Shown here piece by piece: positions 1-12,689 of a stretch of DNA of 64,000 bases. How positions within the stretch are numbered: position 1 is the stretch's first letter; each line of letters begins with the position of its first letter. The DNA lies in the NCBI RefSeq assembly GCF_004010195.1, contig NC_057742.1:11761341-11825340 (forward strand), written 5' to 3'. Below the pieces are notes generated by a model. The model saw nothing but the letters and a program-made list of their open reading frames with translations. It ran no database searches and had not been told where the DNA came from. The translations under genes were made by a program, and so were the position numbers. This DNA is from Chiloscyllium plagiosum (lineage: Eukaryota).

Positions 1-675
1 CCTATTTTATGGGCTTTGGAAAAACCAACACGGGTGGGGGGGGGGGGGGGGGGGGGGGGGGGGGATGCAAGAGACAGGACGAGGTACAGTAAGATCCCAG
101 TAATACTAGAATCGAGCTGTCACCTCCTAAAACACAGAACACTTCAAAATAAGAACTAATCAGAACTATTCGTGGAGGGTAAGACTGACTGCACTAGAAT
201 TATATCTCAGTGACACCAACACAGAAATGTCAGTCAACAACACATTTTACTCTCTGAAACGAGAGATATAAAAATGTGAATCCCTATTAATAGCTGATCC
301 CGCCAGCAAAATACAGCCGAGTTATCTCATAAACAGTGGCGGCGACACGTCCTGTAAGGTTTGTACAGATGTCGAGGAATTCTAATCAGAGAGATCTGAC
401 TTCAAACACCAGCGAATTGAAAACATTAACGACCAAACTCTAACACAACCGGCTTATGCTAGCGAGTTACACAGCAAGCCCCAATTTAACGGTGTGCTAT
501 CAAAACATATCACAGTGACTATGTCAAAATGGTGCTTTAACAAACATATTTTCAATAGGTAGCCTCACTTACTTCAGGAACATAAGTAGCAGGGGTTAAA
601 TGGCTCTGACACAGTTTAAAAGTAACACAATGTATCATTTTATTTTTTTATATAAAAAATGGGTGTTTTTCATAC

Positions 676-694
676 CTGTGTTGTTGGAATCCAT
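676..694 (-). CDS. NR1D1: Probable NR1D1 (Rev-erb alpha) first coding exon, MDSNNT+G (phase 1); rest of gene lies left of window
   Basis: Minus strand reads ATG GAT TCC AAC AAC ACA G|gtatga. This resembles vertebrate NR1D1 exon 1 (MTTLDSNNNT-G, phase 1), and NR1D1 neighbours MSL1/CASC3 in human. Only 19 coding nt are visible. Confidence 0.7.
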
Positions 695-1750
695 AACTAT
701 CTTCCTTCGGGATTTTTGATCCTTCTACTGTCAACGAACTATTTCCAAGCGGCTTGCAAACTGCTGGACAATTTGCCTGCAGCGTCCTGTTTTGGCTGCT
801 CGATCTTGCGTGTTGGGCAGGAGTTGTTGAGTTGCTGTTTTGAGCCAGGAGTTTCTGCTTGTCAGTGCAGTTTTTGTTTTTGCACAGTTCCTGACGAAGG
901 TGCTAAAATCCTGCCGTAGGGGACAAAATTCCCGCAGCCCAGTTAGCAGCTAAGACAACCTTTACTGTTGACCGGCCCTGTCCAATCTTCCCCTGGTTGG
1001 GGTCGGGGGCGGGGGAGGGGTTTTGGGAAGCGAGGGGGGCGGCAAGATAGATTTAGACCACCTCGCCCAGGTCCGGTACTCTGCAGGAATGCAATGTACC
1101 GAAGAAAACAGGAGTCTGTCTTCCAGCACACCAAGAGGGTCTTCTTTGCAAATCCCCTCCAACAGGGCAGCCAAGTGCCGGCTGCTGACTGCAAGACATG
1201 TACACTGACACAACAGGAAGAGTTACTTACAGCAAAGAGACACACTGCGGTGGAACAGGCCGAACAGCAGATGAAACAAGCTCTCTGATTGGAGGCAGTT
1301 ATTGTTTCCAATTTTTTGATTGAGACACGGAGATCAGGCAAAGTACAGAAGGCTGTGATTGGCTCACCGTCGAATACTGGCATTTGGTGCTGTTGGAGTA
1401 AAGGTAAATAATTCTCAGCTGAATGCCCAACCTGGGTGCTGCTTTCGGATATATTTTAGCGTTAATGTTGGTGAATCCGCACTAGGCATTTCTACACCCC
1501 CACCCCATGGTCAGAACAGCACATGTGCTATGCATAGAGAAAACTTCAGCTGTTCATAGATATTACAAAAATAGTGCAATCAAAACGATTCCATGAACAT
1601 CTTTTGATCTGAGTCCTACTGCTGTGATTTGAACTCGGAGGGAAAATATCCCACTATTTTTGGTCGGCTCTTCCATCTTTATCAAGATAAATGTTACTCT
1701 TTCATGACCTCAGGGCATCACAGCTGCCGCTCTGATGCAAGATCATTGAT
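695..1750 (-). promoter_or_regulatory. Putative NR1D1 5'UTR and proximal promoter
   Basis: Repeat-free and relatively CpG-rich. Minus-strand CCAAT boxes near 1286-1293 and 1355-1364, CACATGTG at 1520-1527. TSS not determined. Confidence 0.5.
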
Positions 1751-1964
1751 GTTAAGAAATGGACCTGTAAAGCTGCTGTAAGACTCTGAGGAAAAGGAAG
1801 TTGGTACTTATGTGTCAGGAGGAATTCCTCGCTTCAATTCTAAATTAGAGTTCGGAACTAATTGAAGTGATGAGTTAAGAACAATATTCAGTGGGACTGA
1901 CTACATTGTTCTACAAAGAGCTGGCACAGGCTGGATGGGCTGAATGGCCTTCCTTTGCGATTTT

Positions 1965-2596
1965 GCAGAGGATTTGTAGCTTAGGTTGTGAATCAGGTTG
2001 TAAGTTTGCTCGCTGAGCTGATAAATTTGTTCTCAGACATTTTGTTACCATGCTGGGTAACATTATCTGTGAGCCTTCAATGAACCACTGGTGTTTACCT
2101 GTCTTGGTCTGTTGTGGTGTAATAAAAGATTACATTGGACAGATGGGGCAGAAAACTAGCCATCAGGATACATGAGATACCAACTAGCCACCAAAGACAT
2201 GACCAACTATCATCAGATTCCATGCACATAGACAAAGAGGGACACCAGTTCAACTGGGACAACACACCCATCCTGGGACAGGCTAAACAAAGACATGCGT
2301 AGGAATTTCTAGAGGCCTGGCATTCAAACTGGAACTCCATTAACAAAAATATCGATTTGGACCCCATTTACCAACCTCTCAGAAAAATAACCGGAAGTGA
2401 TATCACCCACCACAAAAGACCAAGACAGATAAACAGCAAGTGGGACAAAACATCACTAAACATCGTTAAACAACAGATACAGCAGTCAGCCTACAGGTCA
2501 TGAGCTTCATCGGTGGCTCACTGATGATGTTACCTAGCATGGTGATGAAATATCTGAGAACAAATCCACCAGCTCAGCAAGCAAACTTACAACCTG
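1965..2596 (+). mobile_element. Penelope-like element remnant: inverted partial pLTR, GIY-YIG C-terminal fragment, pLTR with hammerhead core
   Basis: About 2130-2380 translates, with frameshifts and a stop, as YIGQ..RKLAIRIHE...GHQFNWDNTPILGQAKQRHA*EFLEAWHSNWNSINKNIDLDPIY. 1997-2075 is the reverse complement of about 2515-2595. Confidence 0.8.
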
Positions 2597-3974
2597 GCCT
2601 CCTTCCTTCCCATAATGTTTCTTATGACCACTATCTATGACCAACTCTCAAGACTGCATTTTAAACCCACACAGTTCTGACTCAGTGATAAGAGTGCTGT
2701 TGCTCTCACAACATCCAGCAGTGAAATGCTTGTCGTTGTTAGAGAAATACTGCACTTGTTATATTGTTAATGATATGATAGCTTTGCTACGTTGTAGTTA
2801 CAGACACTTGTTATATTGCCCCTCTGAGGAAATAGCTGATATGCTTGGAAAACCATGTAATGTTGATATGAAAGGGAGCCATTTGTTATTTATACTAAAA
2901 CTTTTATGAACAAAGCATAAAGCTGCTATTAATTTCAGCAGTGGTCCAATTAATTTATCTCCTTTCTGCTCTGACAAGAAGTCTGGATCTCTTGATCAGG
3001 CTTGGCCCAATCCATATTTAGGTCAATGATATCAGCCAGTGACAGACCCACCCAATGCATTATCCTTTGGAAGTTTTCCAAGTCAGTAAAACTGTAGTTA
3101 GTCTCCATTAGAATGCCTTACCTAAGAGCAAAACAAATAACTTCTCTCAGGGAGGAGACATGCATTATAATTTGCCATTATCCACTCTCTCCACAGCAAT
3201 TATAGGTGAGCTGAGAGCTTCATATGAAACTACACTCAGTTACTGGAATAGTGTTCACCCTTAGGAAGTCTCAAAGTGAAACAATCCCGCATTCAATGAG
3301 TTTTAGGAAGCTGGGCTTGACTTCCTGCAAAAACCATGGAATAACTGCTGGCAAAGAGTATAACTTTACTAAAAAGAAGAAACTGAATATCTTAGAAAAG
3401 ACCTGAGCTGTAAAAAACCTGAGAATCATGGTTCAACTTCTGTGAGCTAAACTGTACGCTGGTCGGTCTAGTGTTTTGATCTCTGTTGTGCTTCAGTGTC
3501 ATTTCAAGTGTTAACGGAGTGTTCAAACACTGCTTCTCGTTAAACAATAGATACAGCAGTCAGCCTACAGGTCATGCACTACTCTGAAGGAGTAAAATCA
3601 GAGATTCTCCCATATACATCAATGCCACTATCAATTTATATACCTTCCAAATTGATTTAGCAAGACATTAAAAGGATAGAAACATGCATATGTGTATGAA
3701 CAGCTTTACTGCCAGACATTTAAATCACTTTGATGGAATTTGATCTCTTACCAAAAAAACATTTCAAGCAATGATGTAGCCAAATATATTTATATGGGCA
3801 TTGCTCTTACTGACTCCTCACAACTCTACTTGATTTAACACTTATGTTGGTTTAAATATAAAACGTTTGCTGAAGTAGTTTGAAACTACTTTCCTTAATG
3901 GTATTATGGGTCTACCTACAGCTTATGGACAGCAGCAGTTCAAGAAGGCAGTTCACCACCACCTTACGGATAAC

Positions 3975-4295
3975 GCGGTGGCTCAGTGGTTAGCACTGCT
4001 GCCTCACAGTGCCAGGGACCTGGGTTCAATTCCAGCCTCGGGTGACTGTCTGTGTGGAGTTTACACATTCTCCCTGTGTCTGCGCGGGTTTCCTCCAGGT
4101 GCTCCAGTTTCCTCCCATGTTTCAAAGATGTGCAGCTTTGGTGGATGGGCCATGCTAAATTGCCCATAGTGTCTGGGGATGTGCAGGCTAGTTGGATTAG
4201 CCTTGGGAAATACAGGGATAGCATGGGTTCAGAGAGTCAGTATGGACATGATGGGCTGAATGGCCTGATTCCACAATGAGGGGATTCTGTGATTC
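3975..4295 (+). mobile_element. HE1-type tRNA-derived (V-)SINE nested in an older LINE 3' fragment (about 3905-4370)
   Basis: A/B-box head GGTGGCTCAGTGGTTAGCAC...GGTTCAATTCC and V-domain-like core. Host sequence ...CACCACCACCTT resumes as CTCAAGGCAACTAGGG...AATAAATGCTGG after the SINE. Confidence 0.8.
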
Positions 4296-4718
4296 TCAAG
4301 GCAACTAGGGTTGGACAATAAATGCTGGCTAACAAGTGATTCCCACATCCCAAAAGTGAATTTTAAAAAATGACTGCAATCATTCTAATTGTTATACATA
4401 AAGGAGAGTTTAGACTGACAAGCAAGCACTTGTCTCACAGAGGCATTCTTTCTGCAGTTCATAATCTCAGTCATAATCTCCTTTTCCTCCAGAACCAGTC
4501 AGTATGCAAGTTACTGTATTTTAGGGTCAGTGGTGACTAGAAGTGACTGTGAATACAGGATTCAATTGCCTTCTGTAAATTTCAGCCCAGCCAGGTTACC
4601 TTCCAGAATGTTCCAGAAACTTTCCAGTTGTTGGTCATGAAAGGAACCATCTGTAAAACACCTGAAGCTATATCCACCCTTCCACTTGGTTATCACATCT
4701 TGACTTTGCCATGCACTT

Positions 4719-5950
4719 AGAGTCATAAAGGTGTAGAGCATGGAAACAGACCCTTCAGTCCAACCTGTCCATGCCGACCAGATATCCCAATGCAATTTAG
4801 TCCCACCTGCCAGCACCCAGCCCATATCCCTCCAAACCCTTCCTATTCATATACCCATCCAAATACCTTTTAAGTGTTGCAATTGTACCAGCCACCACCA
4901 CTTCCTCTGGCAGCTCATTCCATACACATACCACCCTCTGTGTGAAAACGTTGCCCCTTAGGTCTCTTTTATATCTTTCCACTCACAGCCTAAACCTGTG
5001 CCCTCTAGTTCTGGACTCCCTGACCCCAGGGAAAATACTTTGTTTATTTGTCCTATCCATGCCCTATGTCTCACAAACTTGATTGAGTTTTTTGAAGAAG
5101 TAACAAAGAGGATTGAAGAGGACAGAGCGGTAGATGTGATCTATATGGACTTCAGTACGGCATTTGATAAGGTTCCCCATGGGAGACTGATTAGCAAAGT
5201 TAGATCTCACAGAATACAGGGAGAACTAGCTATTTGGATACAGAACAGACTCAAAGGTAGAAGACAGAGAGTGGTGGTGGAGGGTTGTTTTTCATACTGG
5301 AGGCCTGTGACCGTGGAGTGCCACAAGAATTGGTGCTGGGTCCTCTACTTTTTGTCATTAATATAAATTATTTGGATGCGAGCATAAGAGGTGTAGTTAG
5401 TAAGTTTGTGGATGACACCAAAATTGGAGGTGTAGTGGACAGCGAAGAAGGTTACCTCAGATTACAACAGGATCTTGACCAGATGGGCCAATGGGCTGAG
5501 AAGTGGCAGATGGAGTTTAATTCAGATAAATGCGAGGTGCTGCATTTTGGGAAAGCAAATCTTAGCATGACTCATACACTTAGTGGTAAGGTCCTATGGA
5601 GTGTTGCTGAACAAAGAGACCGTGGAGTGCAGTTTCATAGCTCCTTGAGGGTGGAGTCGCAGGTAGATAGGATAGTAAAGAAGGCATTTGGTATGCTTTC
5701 CTTTATTGGTCAGAGTATCGAGTACATGATTTGGGAGGTCATGTTGCGGCTGTACAGGACATTGGTTAGGCCACTGTTGGAATATTGCATGCAATTCTGG
5801 TCTCCTTCCTATCGGAAAGTTGTTGTGAAACTTGGAAGGGTTCAGAAAAGATTTATAAGGATGTTGCCAGAGTTGGAGGATATGAGCTATAGGGAGAGGC
5901 TGAACAGGCTGGGGCTGTTTTCCCTGGAGTGTCAGAGGCTGAGGGGTGAT
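4719..5950. mobile_element. CR1 (HER1-like) LINE fragment with inverted internal segment: 3' end on minus (4719-5065), RT segment on plus (5066-5950)
   Basis: RT motifs CLTNLIEFF, DVIYMDFSTAFDKVPH, GVPQELVLGPLLF, KFVDDTK on plus; C-terminal FTQRVV..WNELPEEVV and tail on minus. Confidence 0.9.
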
Positions 5951-8594
5951 CAATTATTTCAGTGAAATGATAGCTTGACGACAGATCTTTTCTGCATTAT
6001 GAAAGCTACATTAGTTGGATGGTGTTGCTCTTGATGTCAGCTAATAACCTTATCCATATGGGTAAATTCACACCATAGTACATTTGAACAGTTGCACTGT
6101 AGTCTGCATTAACTGGAGTACGTTGATGTTCATGGCAGCACCTTCAGTTATATTCTATCCTGTTCAAAAATAGCATAACATATACAACAATAATTTGTAT
6201 TTATATGCACCTTAAACTTTCTTAAAGCCTCAGACTGTTATATAGAAGCATAATCAGAAAAAAAATGATAAAGGGTTATAAGGAGAAATGAGTGAAAGCA
6301 TAGTGAAAAGAGTGGGTTTTAATGAGGTTCTTAAAAGAAACTGCAAGCCAGAGAAGTTTAGAAAGGGAATTTCCAAAATTTAATAATTCCAATCAAAGAC
6401 ATGGCCATCATAGTGAAGGAAACAATGTTAGACATGGATAATTCAGAGCTTTTCGAGGTTTATTGGGACGGAGAAGGTCACAGGTGGGAACTGGAGGGAT
6501 CTGAACGCAATAAGATTTTTAATTTGCAGCATGCATGCACTGTTAATCCAAGTAGGTCAGCAAGTAATGGGGTGACTTGAGCGTCGGTTAGGCAGGATTT
6601 GCAGAAGATGAAAGGCCATCCAGGATGAATTGGAATCATTGCTCCAGGGACAGCACACATCCAGGCAAGTGGAGTTCTTTCCATTGCACTCCTGATTTGG
6701 GCCTTGTGGATGGTGGAAAAGCTGTAGGAAGTCTGCAGGTGAGTCACTTTTGGCCAAATCATAGAATGGTTCAAACACAAAAGATCATTCAACTGAACCT
6801 GTGCACATGACTCTGTGAAAGGTAACCCAGGCAATTTGACTTCTCTCCATAACCCTGCAATTGTTTTCTTCAGTTAATTATCCAATTCTCTTTTGAAAGC
6901 AATGTTTGAATAGTCATCCAGCTCACTCTCAGATCCTAACCAATTGTCCTGTCAAAACATCATTCCTATTGCCTCCTTTCATTCTTTTGCTATTTAGCTT
7001 AAACTAGTGTCCTCTGGTCCTCAAGCCTCCACCAATGGACATAGTTTCTCCATTAGTATCTACTCTATCTTGATCCTTCATGACTTTGATGACTTCTATC
7101 AATTCTTCTCAACAGTCCCTTATCCAAGGGCAACAGTTCTTCAAACATTTCACAACCTTACAGCCCTTATTCACAGAATCATTCCTGTAAATCTTTTCGA
7201 CACATTCTGTAAAGCATTCATAACTTTCTTAAAGTGCACTGGTCAGAATTGGACACAATTTGGTGAGGTCGTCTTTGATGACATTGCCTTTTAATGGCAA
7301 GGGGGAGTGGCTGGAATCTGATTACCTGGCTAAGAGGAAGGGGAGGACACAGGAGAGAAAGGCACCGAAGTTGCTAAAGGGGAAAGAAAGAAAGAGCCAA
7401 GATGTTGGAGGAACTGGACTTTGATCTGGATCGGCAACCAAAGCACATATATGAATGATCATAGAGTGTATTTGGGTGAAATTGGTATGGCAAAGAGAGA
7501 TACAGCCTTGTCATAAGAAGCGATTGGGAGGAGCCAGTAAGTGAGCAGCCAAAGTTAGATTTAGCTTGGAGTACTCTGCATTAGGATAGATGTACAGGGA
7601 CTGAGAGAATGCAGAAACAATTTATGAGCAAGTTTTCAAGGATGAGAGAATTCAGTTATTTGGATAGATTGGTCAGTCTGGGGCTGTTTTCCTAATAGAA
7701 CAGGAGATCTGGAAAAGGTATTCCAAACTGTCAGTCTGGACAGATTAGATAGAAAGAAACTTTTTCTGTTGATGAAAGGGCCAAGATCCAGCAAGGTATA
7801 ATGAGGGAGAGACTGAAGTGGCAAAGTACCAGTGGATGCACTGCTAGAGGTTTTTGATTGACAATAGGACTACGTGGATAACGGACAATGAGTCAGTGTA
7901 TGTTGATTCAAAAGTGCAATGGAGTTGCAAAGTGATTAGTAAAATATGCCAATGGATACAATAATACTAGCCGAGGGAATGAAAAATGTCAGTGGCATGG
8001 GACATGGTCTCCAGGAAGTGTAAGAAACCGCATATTTTCTTCTTTTGCGACTATAAACTGAACTGGAAGCCAGACTGCTATATAACTGAAATATCAGGGG
8101 AGGTTTGCAATTTAGAAATTAAGTGCTGAATATGTTTCGAGCTGTGCAATACAATGCTGCTTTTGGGAGCAGAGAGCTCAAATTCAAGACTGAGAAACAC
8201 CAAAAGTCTTTTGAGTTACGGATGTTAGGCCTGACAAGACCCACTGCTTGGTTGAGCTGTGGAGTGCTAAAAACTGTAAGTGCCAGGACAACAGAGAGAG
8301 GTACACCCAAAGCCAGCAAACAAAAACATCTATTTTTCTCTCTCTCTCTCTCTATGTGGGATAAAAATTAGAAAAAAAAACCCAAGAAAGCCTGAAGAAA
8401 GAGTTCCAAAGGAATAAAAGATGTAGGTCTACCTGATGGAACCAAAAAATGAACATCACCTTACAGACAACAGAATGTCAGCATTGCTAAAGTCAAAACA
8501 ACAGAAGAAATTAACTTTCCACCTTGTAGTTGAGACTTTTAATCTTCAGAATTTTGTTTGCCCTGACTATATAGTGTCTTTTCACCCTTTTATT

Positions 8595-8810
8595 GTTTAT
8601 TCATTCATGGGGTGGGGGTGTCACTAGCTGGACCAGCATTTATTGCCTATTCCTAATTGCCCAGAGAGCTGTTAAGAGTCAACCACATTGCTATCAGTCT
8701 GGAGTCACATGTAGAACAGACTAGATAAGGATTTCCTTCCCTAAAGGACATCAGTGAAACAAATGGGTTTTTCCTGACAATTGGCAATGGCATCATGGTC
8801 ATTATATGAA
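8595..8810 (-). mobile_element. Deu-domain SINE (SacSINE1-like) fragment
   Basis: Reverse complement contains TGTCCTTTAGGGAAGGAAATCC...CTACATGTGACTCCAGAC...GCAATGTGGTTGACTCTTAAC, recalled as Deu-domain-like. Related copy at about 60965-61240. Confidence 0.55.
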
Positions 8811-9252
8811 TGAATCAAACCATTTGTTTTTGTCTGTCTTAATAGCAATTGAGTATATTTGTTTGGGGTTTTGAAGGACTATAAGTTGCATGTTTTCTCT
8901 TTTTTTGTTAAAGTCAAACATGTTAAATAGAGTTATATTTTCACACGGACAAAAGCTGGGGTGAATTGCCTTTGTCAGTCAGATAAATTAGTAATTTTGG
9001 TGATTTCTTTGGAATTTATACATTTTTACATTTTGGCAAGATTTGTGGAACAATTATTGGTACACTCTTCCCAGTGAAGGTATGAAATTAAGAGAATTTT
9101 ACTTTAAGACTTCAAGGCACAACAGAGTCATAACAGCCAAATCTCTCAAGATAGTCCAGTAGAGTGTACTGCCTTGGCAATAGAGGATTCCAGGAGTCAA
9201 AATTAAATTTGAGCAGAACTCCAAGCATTGAATAACAGCTCGAATAAACCAA

Positions 9253-9471
9253 TGATTTGAAGATGCCAGTGTTGGACTGGGGTGTACAAAGTTAAAAATC
9301 ACACAACACCAGGTTATAGTCCAACAGGTTTATTTGGAAGCACTAGCTTTCAGAGCACTGCTCCTTCATCCTAATGAAGACAACCATCTGATGAAGGAGA
9401 GGCGCTCCGAAAGCTAGTGTTTCCAAATAAACCTGTTGAACTATAACCTGGTGTTGTGTGATTTTTAACCT
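9253..9471. mobile_element. Palindromic Penelope-derived non-autonomous element with hammerhead core
   Basis: Arms about 9291-9370 and 9390-9469 are inverted copies. 10-bp TSD AATAAACCAA at 9243-9252 and 9472-9481. Core CTGATGA-A-GGAG..CTCC-GAAA-GCTA at 9388-9416. Confidence 0.75.
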
Positions 9472-10261
9472 AATAAACCAAGAACATGCTGATCCTCACG
9501 ATGAAAAGGGGACTCTGTACAGTCTACTTTAAGTCTGTGTGTTGAACTTTTAGTGAGTGCATTTTAGCCCCACCTTCAAGAGTGAAAGGACTTTAAGCAA
9601 TGGAAGAGCAGATCATGTTTAACACTGCTTTGAATGGGTTAAGCCCAAGATTAAGGTAAAGGATGAAAGCTAAAATTCAATTGAAAGAGCTGCCAACCCA
9701 GGATCCATCTTCAAAGAAACTCATATCAATTTTATAAAAATTTCTGAGACTTCTTTTCGATCACCCCATGGTTTCTGAAAGACTCATTTAAGCTTACATT
9801 GATATCAGTAATCTTTCACATAGAACACAGGTGAAAAAATTGCTTTAAATTCATGATTTGGTTATAATAACAAACAGTTACCTTTGCTTAAATAATCCAT
9901 TTCTGTATTTATTGGTATAATTGTAAAGGGATGGGTAACTTAAGGGTTAAATTCAAAACAAATACATAACTCCTTTGTGGACTGTCTCTCACTCAACCAC
10001 TTTCAAAGAACTTCAGAATATGTGAATCACAGTCTAGCAAGTACAGGCTTTTGGATTCTGCTCTAAAACACAAAGTTCTTGTTTACATTTATCTACTGTG
10101 TTTTTATTTCCAGTAATCTGTTTTGGATCATTACGATTACCATTTATATACCTCAATTAAAAAAAAACTTAATCTACAACAAAATCCCTGAGTGTGTATA
10201 TGTTTTGTAGTGCTGTTTGATCGTATCACATTTCTTCCAGCACCAGTTTTGCCCAACCCCT

Positions 10262-10496
10262 GTTTTCACGCAGAGGGTGGTACATTTATGGAACAAGCTG
10301 CCAGAGGAAGTGGTGGAGGCTAGTACAATTGCAACATTTAAGAGGCATTTGGATGGGTATATGGATAGGAAGGGTTTGGAGGGATATGGGCCGGGTGCTG
10401 GCAGGTGGGACTAGATTGGGTTGGGATATCTGGTCGGCATGGACGGGTTGAACCGAAAGGTCTGTTTCTATGCTGTACATCTCTATGACTCTATGT
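10262..10496 (+). mobile_element. CR1 (HER1-like) 3' fragment
   Basis: FTQRVVHLWNKLPEEVVEASTIATFKRHLDGYM, then 3'UTR and CTCTATGA tail. Confidence 0.9.
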
Positions 10497-10869
10497 AATT
10501 TGCGCCGATTAAATGAACTAATTTCTTCAAAGTCAGTGCAGAAACAACAGGCAAATGGGGTCCTTCAATGTTTGATTTCTTGGATTCCAGTTTCAGCACC
10601 TAGTTTAAGATACATATGGGGTTAAATTTATCTATGGCAGTAGGTGAAATGGAAGTTAATGGATAGTAAAAATTGCCGCAGTGAACAAGTAGCTGCTATT
10701 TTGCTAGAAGTACATTTATGTTGCCGAAGTAGATTCCAGTCTTGTTTCTCCGTACTAATAAAACTAAGTTTTGCCATTGCGGATTTCAAAGCTGAATTAA
10801 TAATTTGACTGAACATAGGAGTGCCATAGTATGGCAGTACACAGTGCAATCCTGGTAATTCTGTTGTAA

Positions 10870-11450
10870 AGAGCCTTGGTGAAACAATACCTGGAGTACT
10901 GTGTACAGTTTTGGTTTTAAGGGAGGATGTACTTGCCATAGAGGAAGTGCAACAAAGGTTCATCAGATTAATTTCAGTGATGGTGGGATTATCCTTTGAA
11001 GAGAGATTGAGGAGACTGGGCCTCCATTTGCTATAGTTATTAGATGAGAGATGATCTCATTGAAGCATGCAGAATTCTTAGAGGACTTGATGGGATACAT
11101 ACAAGAAGGACATTTCTTTTGATTGGAGAGGCAAGGTGAGTTGTCTAAAACCAGGAGACACACCATAAAAATAACAGGCAGGACATTCAGAAATGAGATT
11201 AAGAGGAATTTCTTTACTCAGAGGATGGTGAGTCCTTGGAATTTCCAATCCCAGAGGGCTGTGAAGGCTCAGGTACTGCGTATATTTAAAACAGGGATCA
11301 ATAGATTTCTACATATTAAAGATATCAAGGGTTGTGGGGATGAGGCTCAAAAATGGTATTGAGGTAGAAGATCAGCTATGATCTAGTTGAATGACAGAAC
11401 AGACATGAGTGGCTGAATGGCCTCCTCCTTCTCCTATTTCTGATGTTCCC
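10870..11450 (+). mobile_element. Old CR1-clade LINE 3' fragment
   Basis: Degenerate C-terminal ORF2 (RNFFTQRMVSPWN..QRAV) and GGCTGAATGGCCT tail. Confidence 0.7.
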
Positions 11451-12197
11451 CATACTAATAAAAACAGATGGACCCACTCTTAATACAAATCAGGACTACT
11501 GTCTGTGTATGGTCCCATTTTACACTACTGCACAGTATATTCCTTTTCAGGTATATGTCATTCTGCAGGTATTAACTGAAGAAATAAATTGAGGATTATC
11601 GAGTCAGCCATGCTCTCATTGGATGGCAGGGTAGGCTCGATGGGCTGAGTGGCCTGCTTCTGCTCCTGCATGTCTCAAATCTAATGTTATAGAAAAGATC
11701 TTTAAACTTTTCAGCAACCTAGAAAGTCCAAACTGTGGTATAGGATTTATAAAATAACTTGCTGTCTACATACTCCGCCTGTTTCCTGTTACATTACCAT
11801 GTGATTGGCAAACCAGCCACCATACAACAACAGGCTGAGACTAGTTAAGTGTAATCCAACAGTGCTCTGAAGGTGCTTCAGGTTATCCTGTATGCATTCA
11901 TGGGATGCACAATGAACTTTGAATAACCCTCAGGATCACTGCTAGATTAGACAACCAATTAACACATTTTTTTTCCCCAAAGCAATTCTTATTTTCTCTT
12001 TCCAAACCTGGTATCCAAGCGTCATGATATAGAATTGTATTGAAAAGAAAAGTCTGAAACAGGACATTTGTCCCTGTTGATATTTAGCAGTAATTCTAAT
12101 CCTATCTGCCTGTCCAGTTTCCATCTTCCTTTATCCCTCTATCCTTAAACTAGTTATCTAAGGTATTGTTGACATGGCTTGAGGTTTTATCACTAAT

Positions 12198-12445
12198 TAG
12201 AGTCATAGAGTCATAGAGATGTACAGCATGGAAGCAGACCCTTCGGTCCAACCTGCCCATGCTGACCAGATATCCCAACCCAATCTAATCCCACCTACCA
12301 GCACCCGGCCCATATCCCTCCAAACCCTTCCTATTCACATGCCCATCCAAATGCCTCTTAAATGTTGCAATTGTACCATCCTCCACCACTTCCTCTGGCA
12401 GCTCATTCCATACATGTACCACCCTCTGTGTGAAAAGATTGCCCA
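12198..12445 (-). mobile_element. CR1 (HER1-like) 3' fragment
   Basis: Reverse complement of the same 3' end and tail as 10262-10496. Confidence 0.9.
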
Positions 12446-12689
12446 TACTCTCATTATCGCACAAACCTCCCTGCTTTATGTTAAAATATAAGAATTAAAT
12501 ATCTTTTCACTTCCAACAATAAATGCAAGGAATTTATTTGTCACTAAAATTAAGACCATCTGTTTCACTGCATGAAATGTCTTTCATCCAACCCCCCTTA
12601 TCCTCTGAGCCAAATTTCCTCTAAGGTCCCCATGCCTGGAATTTGCATGTTCTATTATCTTTCACCTATCCCCCCAGTAACCCTCTCCA

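Noticed and set aside
968-1288. 106-aa RG-rich plus-strand ORF
   Set aside because: Non-ATG start, arises from a G-rich tract antisense to the NR1D1 leader, and no recognisable domain.
3975-4035. tRNA gene-like A/B boxes (also at 29233, 35613, 49913, 54552)
   Set aside because: These are SINE heads followed by the V-domain and LINE tail, not tRNA genes.
5285-5965. 226-aa reverse transcriptase ORF as a functional gene
   Set aside because: Frameshifted, truncated CR1 fragment with an altered catalytic region (FVDD).
8019-9090. Possible solo LTR
   Set aside because: Has LTR-like composition and a TGT start, but no clear terminal CA, TSD or second copy in the window.
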